This document shows, piece by piece, positions 39,621 through 53,315 of a stretch of 64,000 nt of DNA. Each line of letters begins with the position of its first letter. Within the stretch, counting starts at the first letter, position 1. The position numbers were made by a program, and so were the translations under genes. The stretch is from assembly GCA_900617105.1 (NCBI GenBank), contig UYFQ01000738.1:1-64000 (forward strand). The letters are read 5' to 3'. The stretch comes from Hydrurus foetidus. Lineage: Eukaryota. Below the pieces are notes generated by a model. The model did not search any database. It was not told the DNA's origin and saw nothing but the letters and a program-made list of their open reading frames with translations.

Positions 39621-42600
39621 ATGCAAAAAGAAAAAAGTAATGCGAATCGAAGACGGAAATTTCATGATGAGTTCAAGTGGATGTGTGGGTCCTCAGGCAG
39701 TGAAATCGTCTCAGGTAAAATCAAAGTCATCGAATCTGATAGAAGCAATCAGCCGAACGTAGACCTTATCGCAAAACAGTCGAGCCTAGCTACAATCGTC
39801 AATGATGAAAGGAATCAACCGAGCGTAGATTTCATCGAAACTGATGGAAGGAATCAGCCACACGTAGATCCCATCGTAAATGACAGAAGGAACAAGTCGA
39901 GCGCAGCTTTCATGGAAACTGATGTAAGCAATCAGCCGAGCGTAGCTTTCATCCAAACTAATAGAGGGTATCAGCCAAGCGTAGCTCCCATCGAAACTGA
40001 TGGGAGGAATCAGCTGAGCGTAGATCCCATCGCAAATGATGAAAGGAATAAGTCGAGCGTAGCTTTCATTGAAACTGATGGAAGGAATCAGCTGAGCATA
40101 GCTACCATGATTCGAGGTGAAATAACTTCGGTGAGTAAGAGATTTTCACTCTGGCATCTTTCTTCTTCGCGTTATGACTTGGTTGCGTTTTCTCTCTGAC
40201 GTCACGACTATTGATTGAATTCTTGTCTTGCTCACGAAGACTCGATTTAAGATATGGGAAAGAGAGCTTACAAAGGTCGTCTGTTTGGGCGGTAAAGAAA
40301 ATGTTCGGATATCAAATTTATTTGATCCGAATCTGACCACACATGTGGTGCTACCCGAGAAATGCAGTGAGGAGGTTTTCCTGAACTGGTCAAAATTAGC
40401 GTCCATACCAATAATAGAGCTCGATGCAGATAGTGAAACTGGGCTGATGAAAAAGATTCCGAAACATGTGACCATGGTTACCTCAGAATGGGTCGTTGAT
40501 TCGCTGCACATCAAGGCTATTCTGAACTCATGGAAATATTTGCACAGATTGCAGATCACTCTCATTCCGGTGCAGCAAAGCATTGTTCCAGAGCAGATAG
40601 GTGAGGGGCTTGTACAGAGGGGACCAGATACATGCTCTCCTGTATACGGTCCCAAGTACAGGAAATTGAATGTCACTGGAGGAGTTAATCTTAGGGAACA
40701 TGTGGATCAGGAACATGGCAAAGTCGAGTGCGCAATTGAAGAGATGGGTGATGGAACGGACGTATCTCGTGCTGATTCTGCTACCATCGAGAAGCCTGTC
40801 CAATTTTGTGAGAAAGGTGGTGACAGCAGTCGTAGTGCGGAGATACCGGTACATCAGGTTATCATACCGACCAACAAGAATAGTCACATCACAGACATAT
40901 TGCGGCAGATGTCTTCCTTCTACGATCTGCTAGGCGACAACTTCCGAGAAATGGTGTATAACCGGTGCTGCGGTGTCCTCGAAACACATCCGAGTAAAGT
41001 CACAGACATGCGGGAAATCGAAAAAATGCCTGGTATCGGAACCAGTCTACGAGATAAAATCAGCGAAATACTAACTACTGGTACTCTGCAGAAGCTGGAG
41101 GGTTTTAAGAAGGACCCGAAATTGAAGGCCCTGATAGACTTGGGACGGATATGGGGTGTGGGGCCCAAAGGAGCTCAGGACTTGTACAAGCTGGGACTGC
41201 GCTGTGTGGGGGACGTGAGGGAGAGGGGCATGCAGCACCTGATGGCGCAGCAACGTACAGGTCGGCAGGTTCCGCTACTTGTCATCATGTGATATCGTAT
41301 TGTGTTGCATTTTGTTATTCTGTGCTGTGCTGTCTTACCTTGCATCGTTTTTTAGAAGCAGCACATTATATGACGATGTACTCTACCGAGTCGCACTCCG
41401 TCTGCTGCTCTTCATCAGTTTCGACCTACATTACTCCACATTGATACGCTCGTATTTTACTCGTGACTCTTACCAACTGTTTCCTTCTCCCTCCCTCCCC
41501 CCCTCCCCCCCTTTTTCTTTTCTTTTCTTTCCTTTCCTTTCCTCCATTATGACGACGACGTCAGGGCTTCTCCGTTTCGATGATTTGCAGATACGCATTC
41601 CCAGAAGTGAGGTGCAGCGCATCGAGAGCATTGTCAGAGAACACGCAGAAAGGTGTCCATCTGTTTCACAGCGTAGACGGCGTCTTTGGAGTTGATGTAT
41701 TGAGCGCCTACTAATGTGTTCTCCCTGTACTATCAATGCGAAGTATGGTGTGGCAGAAAAGTTAACTCTGCACCTTGGTTCGTGAATCCCTCCTTCTCTT
41801 CCACTCTCATTTGCTCTCTCTGTTCTCTTTTTCTCTTTCTTTTCCACTTAAGTCTTTTTCCCTTTTTTTCCTTCCTCTATTTCTTTCTATTTCTCTTTCT
41901 CTCTCCTTCTCTTAACCCAGACTTGTGCCTGGTATCCAGTGCATTGTGTGTGGGTCCTACAGAAGAGGCTCAACGACTTGCGGTGACGTGGACATCCTTA
42001 TGGCCCCTCCAGAGGTGCTCCTACTCGTGTTCACATTCGTGTTCACTCTCTAACTCCTTGTAATCGTGATTTTCATCTCTATCTTCCCCTTAACCTACCA
42101 TTCTTCTTCTCCTCTAATATCTTCCCATGCACCTTCTCAACTGCCTTCTCATCTTCTTTCTCCGTTCCCCTTATAGCAGCTCCTCTTTAATATTTACCAT
42201 TTCTTGTCTTTAATATTTCTTTTTTCCTCCAATTTACTCAGCGATTCCGACTCCTTGATATGATACTCCACTCCCTCTACTCCTCAAACGCCTTTCTGCA
42301 CTTTCACAATATCTACTGCACTGTATTTCGTTCTTTATTACACGTACGCCCCTTGTAACGTTCATGTCAGGGTATGGAGCAAGTGGATATTCTGACCAAG
42401 CTGGTGACATCACTATCGGAATGCGGATTCTTAACAGACCACCTCGCCATGCCGCACAGCACACCTTGCAGTGATGAGTTACCCGCTGCCCACGAGGTCG
42501 ACACTAGTCGGAACAGGTTAAGATGGAGGGGGGCGGACGAGAAGAAGAGAGAGAAGAAGAGATCGCACTCAGGATCGGGCAGCAACGAGTCAGTAGTAGA

Positions 42601-45600
42601 CCCAGAACCAGATTTCAGAGGAGGCGGCAGGTGTGCTCATTTAATAACCTCTCACTTGATAAGTCTTCAGCGGTTGTACTGCTTCTCAATGCATCTCATC
42701 TCATCACATCACATCACATCGCAACTCTCATCGTCAGTCAGGCGGATAATGCACAACGGAGTAAGATCTGTTCTGCGAGTCTGTGCACTGCTCACAACAC
42801 CTCCTCAGCACTCTCATCTACTCTTCATGTTCTTCTCTGTACCTCACAAGTAGTCGAGCAGTCATGCAGAGTACTCGATGTGGAAAAGGATTCGATCCGA
42901 TTTTCGTGACAAGTCATGACATGATATGATGATTCTCTCTTCTCTCTCTTTCTCCCTTACCTCATTCTCTGCTCAAGCTTCATCTTTAATAGGAGCTCAT
43001 TTGCTTTTCCCTAACTTATCTCACATTTTGTTCCCTCTTTTCCCTCTCCTTTCATTCGCTTCACTTCCTGCATCATCATCGCTTTCATCGGTCGTCATCA
43101 TTGCTGTCCGTTTCAATAAGTTACCTCAACTCCTTCATTAGTATGTTTTTATAAATACTTTAATCACCATCACCATCATCATCACTATCATCATCACTAT
43201 CGTTCTTTTTTGTCTTTGTAGATCATCTTATATGGGCATTTGCCGTCTGTCAGAGGAAGGTTCGTTATACCGTAGAATCGACTTGAAGTCTTACCGTAGA
43301 TCTCAGGTGAGTCTTTGTTTATCCCGTATAATATATGTACAGGATACTTTGGCTTTTGCAGTACGTCTACATGTTTCCTTCTGAGGCCTCAGGGGTCAGC
43401 ACATTTTTCGATATTGATCACATTGTACAGCGACTTGTAACGAGTAATACGCACTGCACTTCATATTGCCAGACCTCTACGCCGTATCATGTCATGTCGT
43501 GTCATACATGTCCTGCTTATCATTCTGTGTCTTGTCGTGTCATGTCATGTCATGTCGTGTCGTGTCATGTCATGTCGTGTCATACATGTCCTGCTTATCA
43601 TTATGTGTCATGTCGTGTCATGTCATGTCGTGTCATACATGTCCTGCTTATCATTATGTGTCATGTCGTGTCATGTCATGTCGTGTCATACATGTCCTGC
43701 TTATCATTATGTGTCTTGTCGTGTCATGTCATGTCGTGTCATACATGTCCTGCTTATCATTATGTGTCATGTCATGTCATGTCATGTCGTGTCATACATG
43801 TCCTGCTTATCATTATGTGTCTTGTCGTGTCATGTCATGTCGTGTCATACATGTCCTGCTTATCATTATGTGTCTTGTCGTGTCATGTCGTGTCGTGTCA
43901 TGTCGTGTCATACATGTCCTGCTTATCATTATGTCTTGTCATGTCATCATGTCGTGTCATACATGTCCTGCTTATCATTATGTGTCTTGTCGTGTCATGT
44001 CATGTCGTGTCATACATGTCCTGCTTATCATTATGTGTCATGTCGTGTCATGTCATGTCATGTCATGTCATGTCATGTCATGTCCTGCTTATCATTATGT
44101 GTCACGTCATGTCATGTCATGTCGTGTCATACATGTCCTGCTTATCATTATGTGTGTCATGTCGTGTCATGTCATGTCATGTCGTGTCATACATGTCCTG
44201 CTTATCATTATGTGTCATGTCATGTCGTGTCATACATGTCCTGCTTATCATTATTGTCATATCATGTTGTCATGTCATGTCATGTCATGTCATGTCATGT
44301 CGTCATACATGTCCTGCTTATCATTATGTGTCTTGTCATGTCATGTCATGTCGTGTCATACATGTCCTGCTTTTCATTCTGTGTCATGTCATGTCGTGTC
44401 ATGTCATGTCGTGTCTTACATGTCCTGCTTATCATTCTGTGTCATGTCATGTCATGTCATGTCGTGTCATCATGTCCTGCTTACATTCTGTGTCAGCGTC
44501 ATGTCATGTCGTGTCATACATGTCCTGCTTATCATTATTTGTCATGTCATGTCATGTCATGTCGTGTCATACATGTCCTGCTTATCATTATGTGTCATGT
44601 CATGTCGTGTCATACATGTCCTGCTTATCATTATATGTCTTGTCGTGTCATGTCATGTCATACATGTCCTGCTTATCATTATGTGTCGTCATGTCATGTC
44701 ATGTCATGTCATACGTGTCATACATGTCCTGCTTATCATTATGTCTTTGTCGTGTCATGTCATGTCATGTCGTGTCATACATGTCCTGCTTATCATTATC
44801 AGGTCATGCGTCATGTCATGTCATGTCATGTCGTGTCATACATGTCCTGCTTATCATTATGTGTCATGTCATGTCATGTCATACATGTCCTGCTTATCAT
44901 TCTGTGTCTTGTCGTGTCATGTCATGTCTTGTCATACATGTCCTGCTTATCTTTATGTGTCATGTCATGTCATGTCATGTCATGTCCATCATACATGTCC
45001 TACGACAATATGTGTCATGTTTACGTCATGTCATGTCGTGTCATACATGTCCTGCTTATCATTATGTGTCTTGTCGTGTCGTGTCATGTCGTGTCATACA
45101 TGTCCTGCTTATCATTATGTGTCGTGTCATGTCGTGTCATACATTTCCTGCTTATCATTATGTGTCGTGTCATGTCGTGTCATACATTTCCTGCTTATCA
45201 TTATGTGTCGTGTCATGTCATGTCATACATGTCCTGTCTTATCATTATGTGTCATGTCTTGTCATGTCATGTCGTGTCGTACATGTCCTGCTTATCATTA
45301 TGTGTCATGTCGTGTCATGTCATGTCATGTCGTGTCATACATGTCCTGCTTATCATTATGTGTCATGTCATGTCATGTCATGTCGTGTCATACATGTCCT
45401 GCTTATCATTATGTGTCTTGTCGTGTCATGTCATGTCGTGTCATACATGTCCTGCTTATCATTATGTGTCTTGTCATGTCATGTCATGTCATGTCATGTC
45501 ATGTCGTGTCATACATGTCCTGCTTATCATTATGTGTCATGTCATGTCATGTCATGTCATGTCGTGTCATGTCATGTCGTGTCATACATGTCCTGCTTAT

Positions 45601-48600
45601 CATTATGTGTCATGTCATGTCGTGTCATGTCATGTCGTGTCATACATGTCCTGCTTATCATTATGTGTCTTGTCGTGTCATGTCATGTCGTGTCATACAT
45701 GTCCTGCTTATCATTCTGTGTCATGTCGTGTCATGTCATGTCGTGTCGTGTCATACATGTGCTTATTATCATTATGTGTCATGTCATGTCATGTCATGTC
45801 ATGTCGCGTCGTGTCATACATGTCCTGCTTATCATTATGTGTCATGTCATGTCGTGTCATGTCATGTCGTGTCATACATGTCCTGCTTATCATTATGTGT
45901 CTTGTCATGTCATGTCATGTCGTGTCATACATGTCCTGCTTATCATTATGTCATGTCATGTCATGTCATGTCGTGTCATACATGTCCTGCTTATCATTAT
46001 GTGTCTTGTCGTGTCATGTCATGTCGTGTCATACATGTCCTGCTTATCATTATGTGTCTTGTCGTGTCATGTCATGTCATACATGTCCTGCTTATCATTA
46101 TGTGTCATGTCATGTCATGTCATGTCGTGTCGTGTCATACATGTCCTGCTTATCATTATGTGTCATGTCATGTCGTGTCATGTCATGTCGTGTCATACAT
46201 GTCCTGCTTATCATTATGTGTCTTGTCGTGTCATGTCATGTCGTGTCATACATGTCCTACTTATCATTATGTGTCATGTCGTGTCATGTCATGTCGTGTC
46301 TTACATGTCCTGCTTATCATTATGTGTCATATCATGTCGTGTCATGTCATGTCATGTCGTGTCATACATGTCCTGCTTATCATTATGTGTCATGTCATGT
46401 CGTGTCATGTCATGTCGTGTCATACATGTCCTGCTTATCATTATGTGTCTTGTCGTGTCATGTCATGTCGTGTCATACATGTCCTGCTTATCATTATGTG
46501 TCATGTCATGTCATGTCGTGTCATACATGTCCTACTTATCATTCATGTCATGTCATGTCTTGTCGTGTCATACATGTCCTGCTTATCATTATGTGTCATG
46601 TCATGTCGTGTCATATCATGTCGTGTCACATGTCCTGCTTATATTATGTGTCATTGTCGTGTCATGTCATGTCGTGTCATACATGTCCTGCTTATCATTC
46701 TGTGTCATGTCATGTCATGTCATGTCATGTCGTGTCATACATGTCCTGCTTATCATTATGTGTCATGTCATGTCATGTCGTGTCGTGTCATACATGTCCT
46801 GCTTATCATTATGTGTCATGTCATGTCGTGTCATACATGTCCTGCTTATCATTATGTGTCATGTCATGTCATGTCATGTCATGTCATACATGTCCTGCTT
46901 ATCATTATGTGTCATATCATGTCGTGTCATACATGTCCTGCTTATCATTATGTGTCATGTCATGTCATGTCATACATGTCCTGCTTATCATTATGTGTCG
47001 TGTCATGTCGTGTCATACATGTCCTGCTTATCATTATATGTCTTGTCGTGTCATGTCATGTCACTAATAAGGTGCATATTGTCGTCTGTGTCATGTCATG
47101 TCATGTCATGTCTTGTCGTGTCATGTCATGTCGTGTCATACATGTCCTGCTTATCATTATGTGTCATGTCATGTCATGTCATACATGTCCTGCTTATCAT
47201 TATGTGTCTTGTCGTGTCATGTCATGTCATGTCATACATGTCCTGCTTATCATTATGTGTCATGTCATGTCGTGTCATGTCATGTCGTGTCATACATGTC
47301 CTGCATTATGTGTCATGTCATGTCATGTCATGTCATGTCATACATGTCCTGCTTATCATTATGTGTCATGTCGTGTCATGTCATGTCGTGTCATACATGT
47401 CCTGCTTATCATTATGTGTCATGTCGTGTCATGTCATGTCATGTCATGTCATGTCGTGTCATACATGTCCTGCTTATCATTATCATGTCTTGTCGTGTCA
47501 TGTCGTGTCATACATGTCCTGCTTATCATTATGTGTCATGTCGTGTCATGTCATGTCGTGTCATACATGTCCTGCTTATCATTATGTGTCTTGTCTTGTC
47601 GTGTCATGTCATGTCGTGTCATACATGTCCATCATTATGTCATGTGTCATGTCATGTCGTGTCATACATGTCCTGCTTATCATTATGTGTCATATCATGT
47701 CGTGTCATACATGTCCTGCTTATCATGTGTCATGTCGTGTCATATCATGTCGTGTCATACATGTCCTGCTTATCATTATGTCATGTCATGTCATGTCGTG
47801 TCATACATGTCCTGCTTATCATTATGTCATGTCATATCATGTCGTGTCATACATGTCCTGCTTATCATTCTGTGTCTTGTCGTGTCATATCATGTCGTGT
47901 CATACATGTCCTGCTTATCATTATGTGTCATGTCATGTCATGTCATGTCAGGTCATATCATGTCCTGCTTATCATTATGTCATGTCATGTCATGTCATGT
48001 CATGTCATGTCATGAGATGTCATGTCATGTCGTGTCATACATGTCCTGCTTATCATTCTGTGTCATGTCGTGTCATGTCATGTCGTGTCATACATGTCCT
48101 GCTTATCATTATGTGTCATGTCATGTCGTGTCATGTCAAGTGTCGTGTCATACATGTCCTGCTTATCATTATGTGTCTTGTCGTGTCATGTCATGTCGTG
48201 TCATACATGTCCTGCTTATCATTATGTGTCTTGTCTTGTTGTCTTGTCGTGTCATGTCATGTCGTGTCATACATGTCCTGCTTATCATTATGTGTCATGT
48301 CGTGTCATGTCATGTCGTGTCATACATGTCCTGCTTATCATTATGTGTCATGTCATGTCATGTCGTGTCATACATGTCCTGCTTATCATTATGTGTCATG
48401 TCGTGTCATGTCATGTCATGTCGTGTCATACATGTCCTACTTATCATTATGTCATGTCATGTCATGTCACGTCATGTCATGTCATGTCATGTCATGTCTT
48501 GTCATGTCATGTCGTGTCATTCATGTCCTGCTTATCATTATGTGTCTTGTCGTGTCATGTCATGTCATGTCATGTCATGTCGTGTCATACATGTCCTGCT

Positions 48601-51600
48601 TATCATTCTGTGTCTTGTCGTGTCATATCATGTCGTGTCATACATGTCCTGCTTATCATGTCCATGTGTCATTAAGTCATGTCATGTCATGTCATGTCAT
48701 ACATGTCCTGCTTATCATTATGTGTCATGTCATGTCATGTCATGTCGTGTCATACATGTCCTGCTTATCATTATGTGTCTTGTCATGTCATGTCATGTCG
48801 TATACATGTCCTGTCTTATCATTATGTATCTTATCGTCATGTCATGTCATGTCATGTCGTCATACATGTCCTGCTTATCATTATGTGTCTTGTCGTGTCA
48901 TGTCATGTCATGTCATACATGTCCTGCTTATCATTCTGTGTCATGTCATGTCATATCGTCATGTCATACATGTCATGTCATCTTGTCTTGTCATGTCGTG
49001 TCATGTCGTGTCATACATGTCCTGCTTATCATTATGTGTCTTGTCATGTCATGTCGTGTCATTCATGTCCTGCTTATCATTATGTGTCTTGTCATGTCAT
49101 GTCATGTCGTGTCATACATGTCCTGCTTATCATTATGTGTCATGTCATGTCGTGTCTTACATGTCCTGCTTATCATTTTGTGTCATGTCATGTCATGTCT
49201 TACATGTCCTGCTTATCATTTTGTGTCATGTCATGTCGTGTCTTACATGTCCTGCTTATCATTTTGTGTCATGTCATGTCGTGTCATACATGTCCTGCTT
49301 ATCATTTTGTGTCATGTCATGTCGTGTCATACATGTCCTGCTTATCATTTTGTGTCATGTCATGTCGTGTCATACATGTCCTGCTTATCATTTTGTGTCA
49401 TGTCATGTCTTGTCTTACATGTCCTGCTTATCATTTTGTGTCATGTCATGTCGTGTCATACATGTCCTGCTTATCATTATGTGTCATGTCATGTCGTGTC
49501 TTACATGTCCTGCTTATCATTATCATGTCTTGTCGTGTCATGTCATGTCATGTCATGTTATGTTATGTTATTTCATGTGTGTCATGTTATGTCATAGTGT
49601 GTTATGTTATCATATATGTGTCATGTCGTGTCATGTCATGTCATGTTATGTCATACATGTCCTATCTTATCATGTATGTGTCATGTCATGTCATGTCATG
49701 TCATGTCGTGTCATGTCATGTCGTGTCATACATGTCCTGCTTATCATTATGTGTCATGTCATGTCATGTCATGTCATGTGTCATACATGTCCTGCTTATC
49801 ATTATGTGTCTTGTCGTGTCATGTCATGTCGTGTCATGTCATGTCGTGTCATACATGTCCTGCTTATCATTATGTGTCTTGTCGTCAGCGTCATGTCATG
49901 TCGTGTCATACATGTCCCGCTTATCATTATGTCATGTCATGTCATGTCATGTCGTGTCATACATGTCCTGCTTATCATTATGTGTCTTGTCGTGTCATGT
50001 CATGTCATGTCGTGTCATACATGTCCTGCTTATCATTATGTGTCATGTCGTGTCATGTCATGTCGTGTCGTGTCATACATGTCCTGCTTATCATTATGTG
50101 TCATGTCGTGTCATGTCATGTCGTGTCATACATGTCCTGCTTATCATTATGTGTCATGTCATGTCATGTCATGTCATGTCATACATGTCCTGCTTATCAT
50201 TATGTGTCATGTCATGTCGTGTCATGTCATGTCGTGTCATACATGTCCTGCTTATCATTATGTGTCATATCATGTCGTGTCATGTCATGTCATGTCGTGT
50301 CATACATGTTCTGCTTATCATTATATGTCTTGTCGTGTCATGTCATGTCATGTCATGTCATGTCATGTTATACATGTCCTGCTTATCATTATGTGTCTTG
50401 TCGTGTCATATCATGTCATGTCGTGTCATACATGTCCTGCTTATCATTATGTGTCATGTCATGTCATGTCATGTCATGTCGTGTCATACATGTCCTGCTT
50501 ATCATTCTGTGTCTTGTCGTGTCATATTATGTCGTGTCGTACATGTCCTGCTTATCATATATGTCTTGTCATGTCATGTCATGTCATGTCATGTCATGTC
50601 ATCATACATGTCCTGCTTATCATTATGTGTCATGTCATGTCGTGTCATGTCATGTCGTGTCATACATGTCCTGCTTATCATTATGTCTTGTCGTGTCATG
50701 TCATGTCATGTCATACATGTCCTGCTTATCATTATGTGTCATGTCGTGTCATGTCATGTCATGTCATGTCGTGTCATACATGTCCTGCTTATCATTATGT
50801 GTCTTGTCGTGTCATGTCATGTCGTGTCATACATGTCCTGCTTATCATTATGTGTCTTGTCTTGTCGTGTCATGTCATGTCGTGTCATACATGTCCTGCT
50901 TATCATTATGTGTCATGTCGTGTCATGTCATGTCGTGTCATACATGTCCTGCTTATCATTATGTGTCATGTCATGTCATGTCATGTCGTGTCATACATGT
51001 CCTGCTTATCATTATGTGTCATGTCGTGTCATGTCATGTCATGTCGTGTCATACATGTCCTGCTTATCATTATGTGTCATGTCATGTCATGTCATGTCAT
51101 GTCATGTCGTGTCATACATGTCCTGCTTATCATTATGTGTCTTGTCGTGTCATGTCATGTCATGTCGTGTCATACATGTCCTGCTTATCATTCTGTGTCT
51201 TGTCGTGTCATATCATGTCGTGTCGTACATGTCCTGCTTATCATTATGTGTCATGTCATGTCATGTCATGTCGTGTCATACATGTCCTGCTTATCATTAT
51301 GTGTCATGTCATGTCGTGTCATGTCATGTCATGTCGTGTCATACATGTCCTGCTTATCATTATGTGTCATGTCATGTCATGTCATGTCGTGTCATACATG
51401 TCCTGCTTATCATTATGTGTCTTGTCGTGTCATGTCATGTCGTGTCATACATGTCCTGCTTATCATTATGTGTCTTGTCGTGTCATGTCATGTCATGTCA
51501 TGTCGTGTCATACATGTCCTGCTTATCATTCTGTGTCTTGTCATGTCATATCATGTCGTGTCATACATGTCCTGCTTATCATTATGTGTCATGTCATGTC

Positions 51601-53315
51601 GTGTCATGTCATGTCGTGTCATACATGTCCTGCTTATCATTATGTGTCTTGTCATGTCATGTCATGTCATGTCATACATGTCCTGCTTATCATTATGTGT
51701 CTTGTCGTGTCATGTCATGTCATGTCATGTCGTGTCATACATGTCCTGCTTATCATTCTGTGTCTTGTCGTGTCATATCATGTCGTGTCGTACATGTCCT
51801 GCTTATCATTATGTGTCTTGTCGTGTCATGTCATGTCGTGTCATACATGTCCTGCTTATCATTATGTGTCATGTCATGTCATGTCATGTCATGTCATACA
51901 TGTCCTGCTTATCATTATGTGTCATGTCATGTCGTGTCATGTCATGTCGTGTCATACATGTCCTGCTTATCATTATGTGTCTTGTCGTGTCATGTCATGT
52001 CGTGTCATACATGTCCTGCTTATCATTATGTGTCATGTCATGTCATGTCATGTCGTGTCATACATGTCCTGCTTATCATTATGTGTCATGTCGTGTCATG
52101 TCATGTCGTGTCATACATGTCCTGCTTATCATTATGTGTCATGTCATGTCATGTCATGTCATGTCATGTCATGTCGTGTCATACATGTCCTGCTTATCAT
52201 TATGTGTCTTGTCGTGTCGTGTCATGTCGTGTCATGTCGTGTCATACATGTCCTGCTTATCATTATGTGTCTTGTCGTGTCATGTCATGTCGTGTCATAC
52301 ATGTCCTGCTTATCATTATGTGTCATGTCGTGTCATGTCATGTCGTGTCATACATGTCCTGCTTATCATTATGTGTCTTGTCATGTCATGTCATGTCGTG
52401 TCATACATGTCCTGCTTATCATTATGTGTCTTGTCAAGTTCCCTGGGCTGTCCACACCTCCTCACAGCACAGCTCTGTATTTTGCTATCTATCAATCTAT
52501 CATCCACACCATTGCACCTTTCTATTTTTCTTCCTTCCTTCCTTCCTTCCTTCCCCCATACCTCTCTTTCTGACCATTTCCCTACCTCCCTCTGATGACT
52601 TCTCTCCTATTGACCATGTTCCTTAGTATCCTTTCGCGCTGCTGTACTTCACCGGTCCCGACCATTTCAATAGGGCCATACGCAACCATGCGAGCCATCT
52701 CGGATTCAGCTTGAGCGACAAAGTGAGAGCTCAGACAGACACACGTACTTACATATGCACACGTACTTGCATGCGTGCACCATCACATATAAATGCACTC
52801 TATACGGTAGTACCTGCTATGATGTACTTGACTATACACACCGTACGTGCTGGCGACCCTACCCTAAGTGCATGAAGTGGGTATAGTGTGTCTGGCGGAG
52901 ACATGTGACTGTTCCTCTTGAGACGCAGCAACACAATGAAATCAACGCACTACAATCCATTACAAAATACAATACTACTGACCATATTATGCTATATTTC
53001 GCAACAATGCACGGCACTATACTACGCTACGTTACACTACACTGCATTGCACCACGCTACACTGCACGACAGAAAACACAGAACATTCAATATCAACTCC
53101 CATCAACCCAGGGTCTAGTTCCCTGTGTGCGTGGGAAGCAGCGGGTGCGCATCGTGAAGTCTTCCGTCTCTCTCCCGTGTCTCTCAGAAGAGGACATTTT
53201 CACGGCACTCGGTCTACCGCATAAGCCCCCTGATGCGAGATGTTTCTTCCTCAGTCCAGCAACAGCAACAGCTAATGCTGCACAGAGGGCAGAGAAGGGG
53301 GAGGGGGAGGGGTGA
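39621..53315 (+). CDS. X-family DNA polymerase (Pol lambda-like, with BRCT domain), eight exons
   Basis: BRCT-like THVV...[10 protein letters not shown], Hh[20 protein letters not shown] and [70 protein letters not shown]. Exons 39621-40130, 40240-41260, 41566-41652, 41921-42014, 42371-42630, 43222-43306, 52627-52722, 53112-53315. Confidence 0.93.
39729..40106 (+). repeat. Coding 39-nt minisatellite (13-aa unit, 10 copies, one truncated) in Pol X exon 1
   Basis: Units such as [52 protein letters not shown]. Confidence 0.9.
43486..52435. repeat. ~9-kb compound satellite: constant CATACATGTCCTGCTTATCATTATGTGT core plus variable runs of CATGT/CGTGT/CTTGT pentamers, inside Pol X intron 6
   Basis: Directly visible. 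Unit length is about 28+5n nt. Roughly 180 units, estimated from length and not counted. Confidence 0.98.

Noticed and set aside
43486..52435. CRISPR-like look (constant ~28-nt repeat with variable spacers)
   Set aside because: The spacers are pentamer runs rather than unique sequences, there are no cas genes, and the context is a eukaryotic intron.
43335..52626. Giant Cys/His/Met-rich ORFs (3086, 2043, 1315, 1192, 989 aa)
   Set aside because: All three + frames are open and give the same peptides because the repeat units lack TAA/TAG/TGA on that strand. Unit lengths are not held to multiples of 3, and the array is inside an intron.
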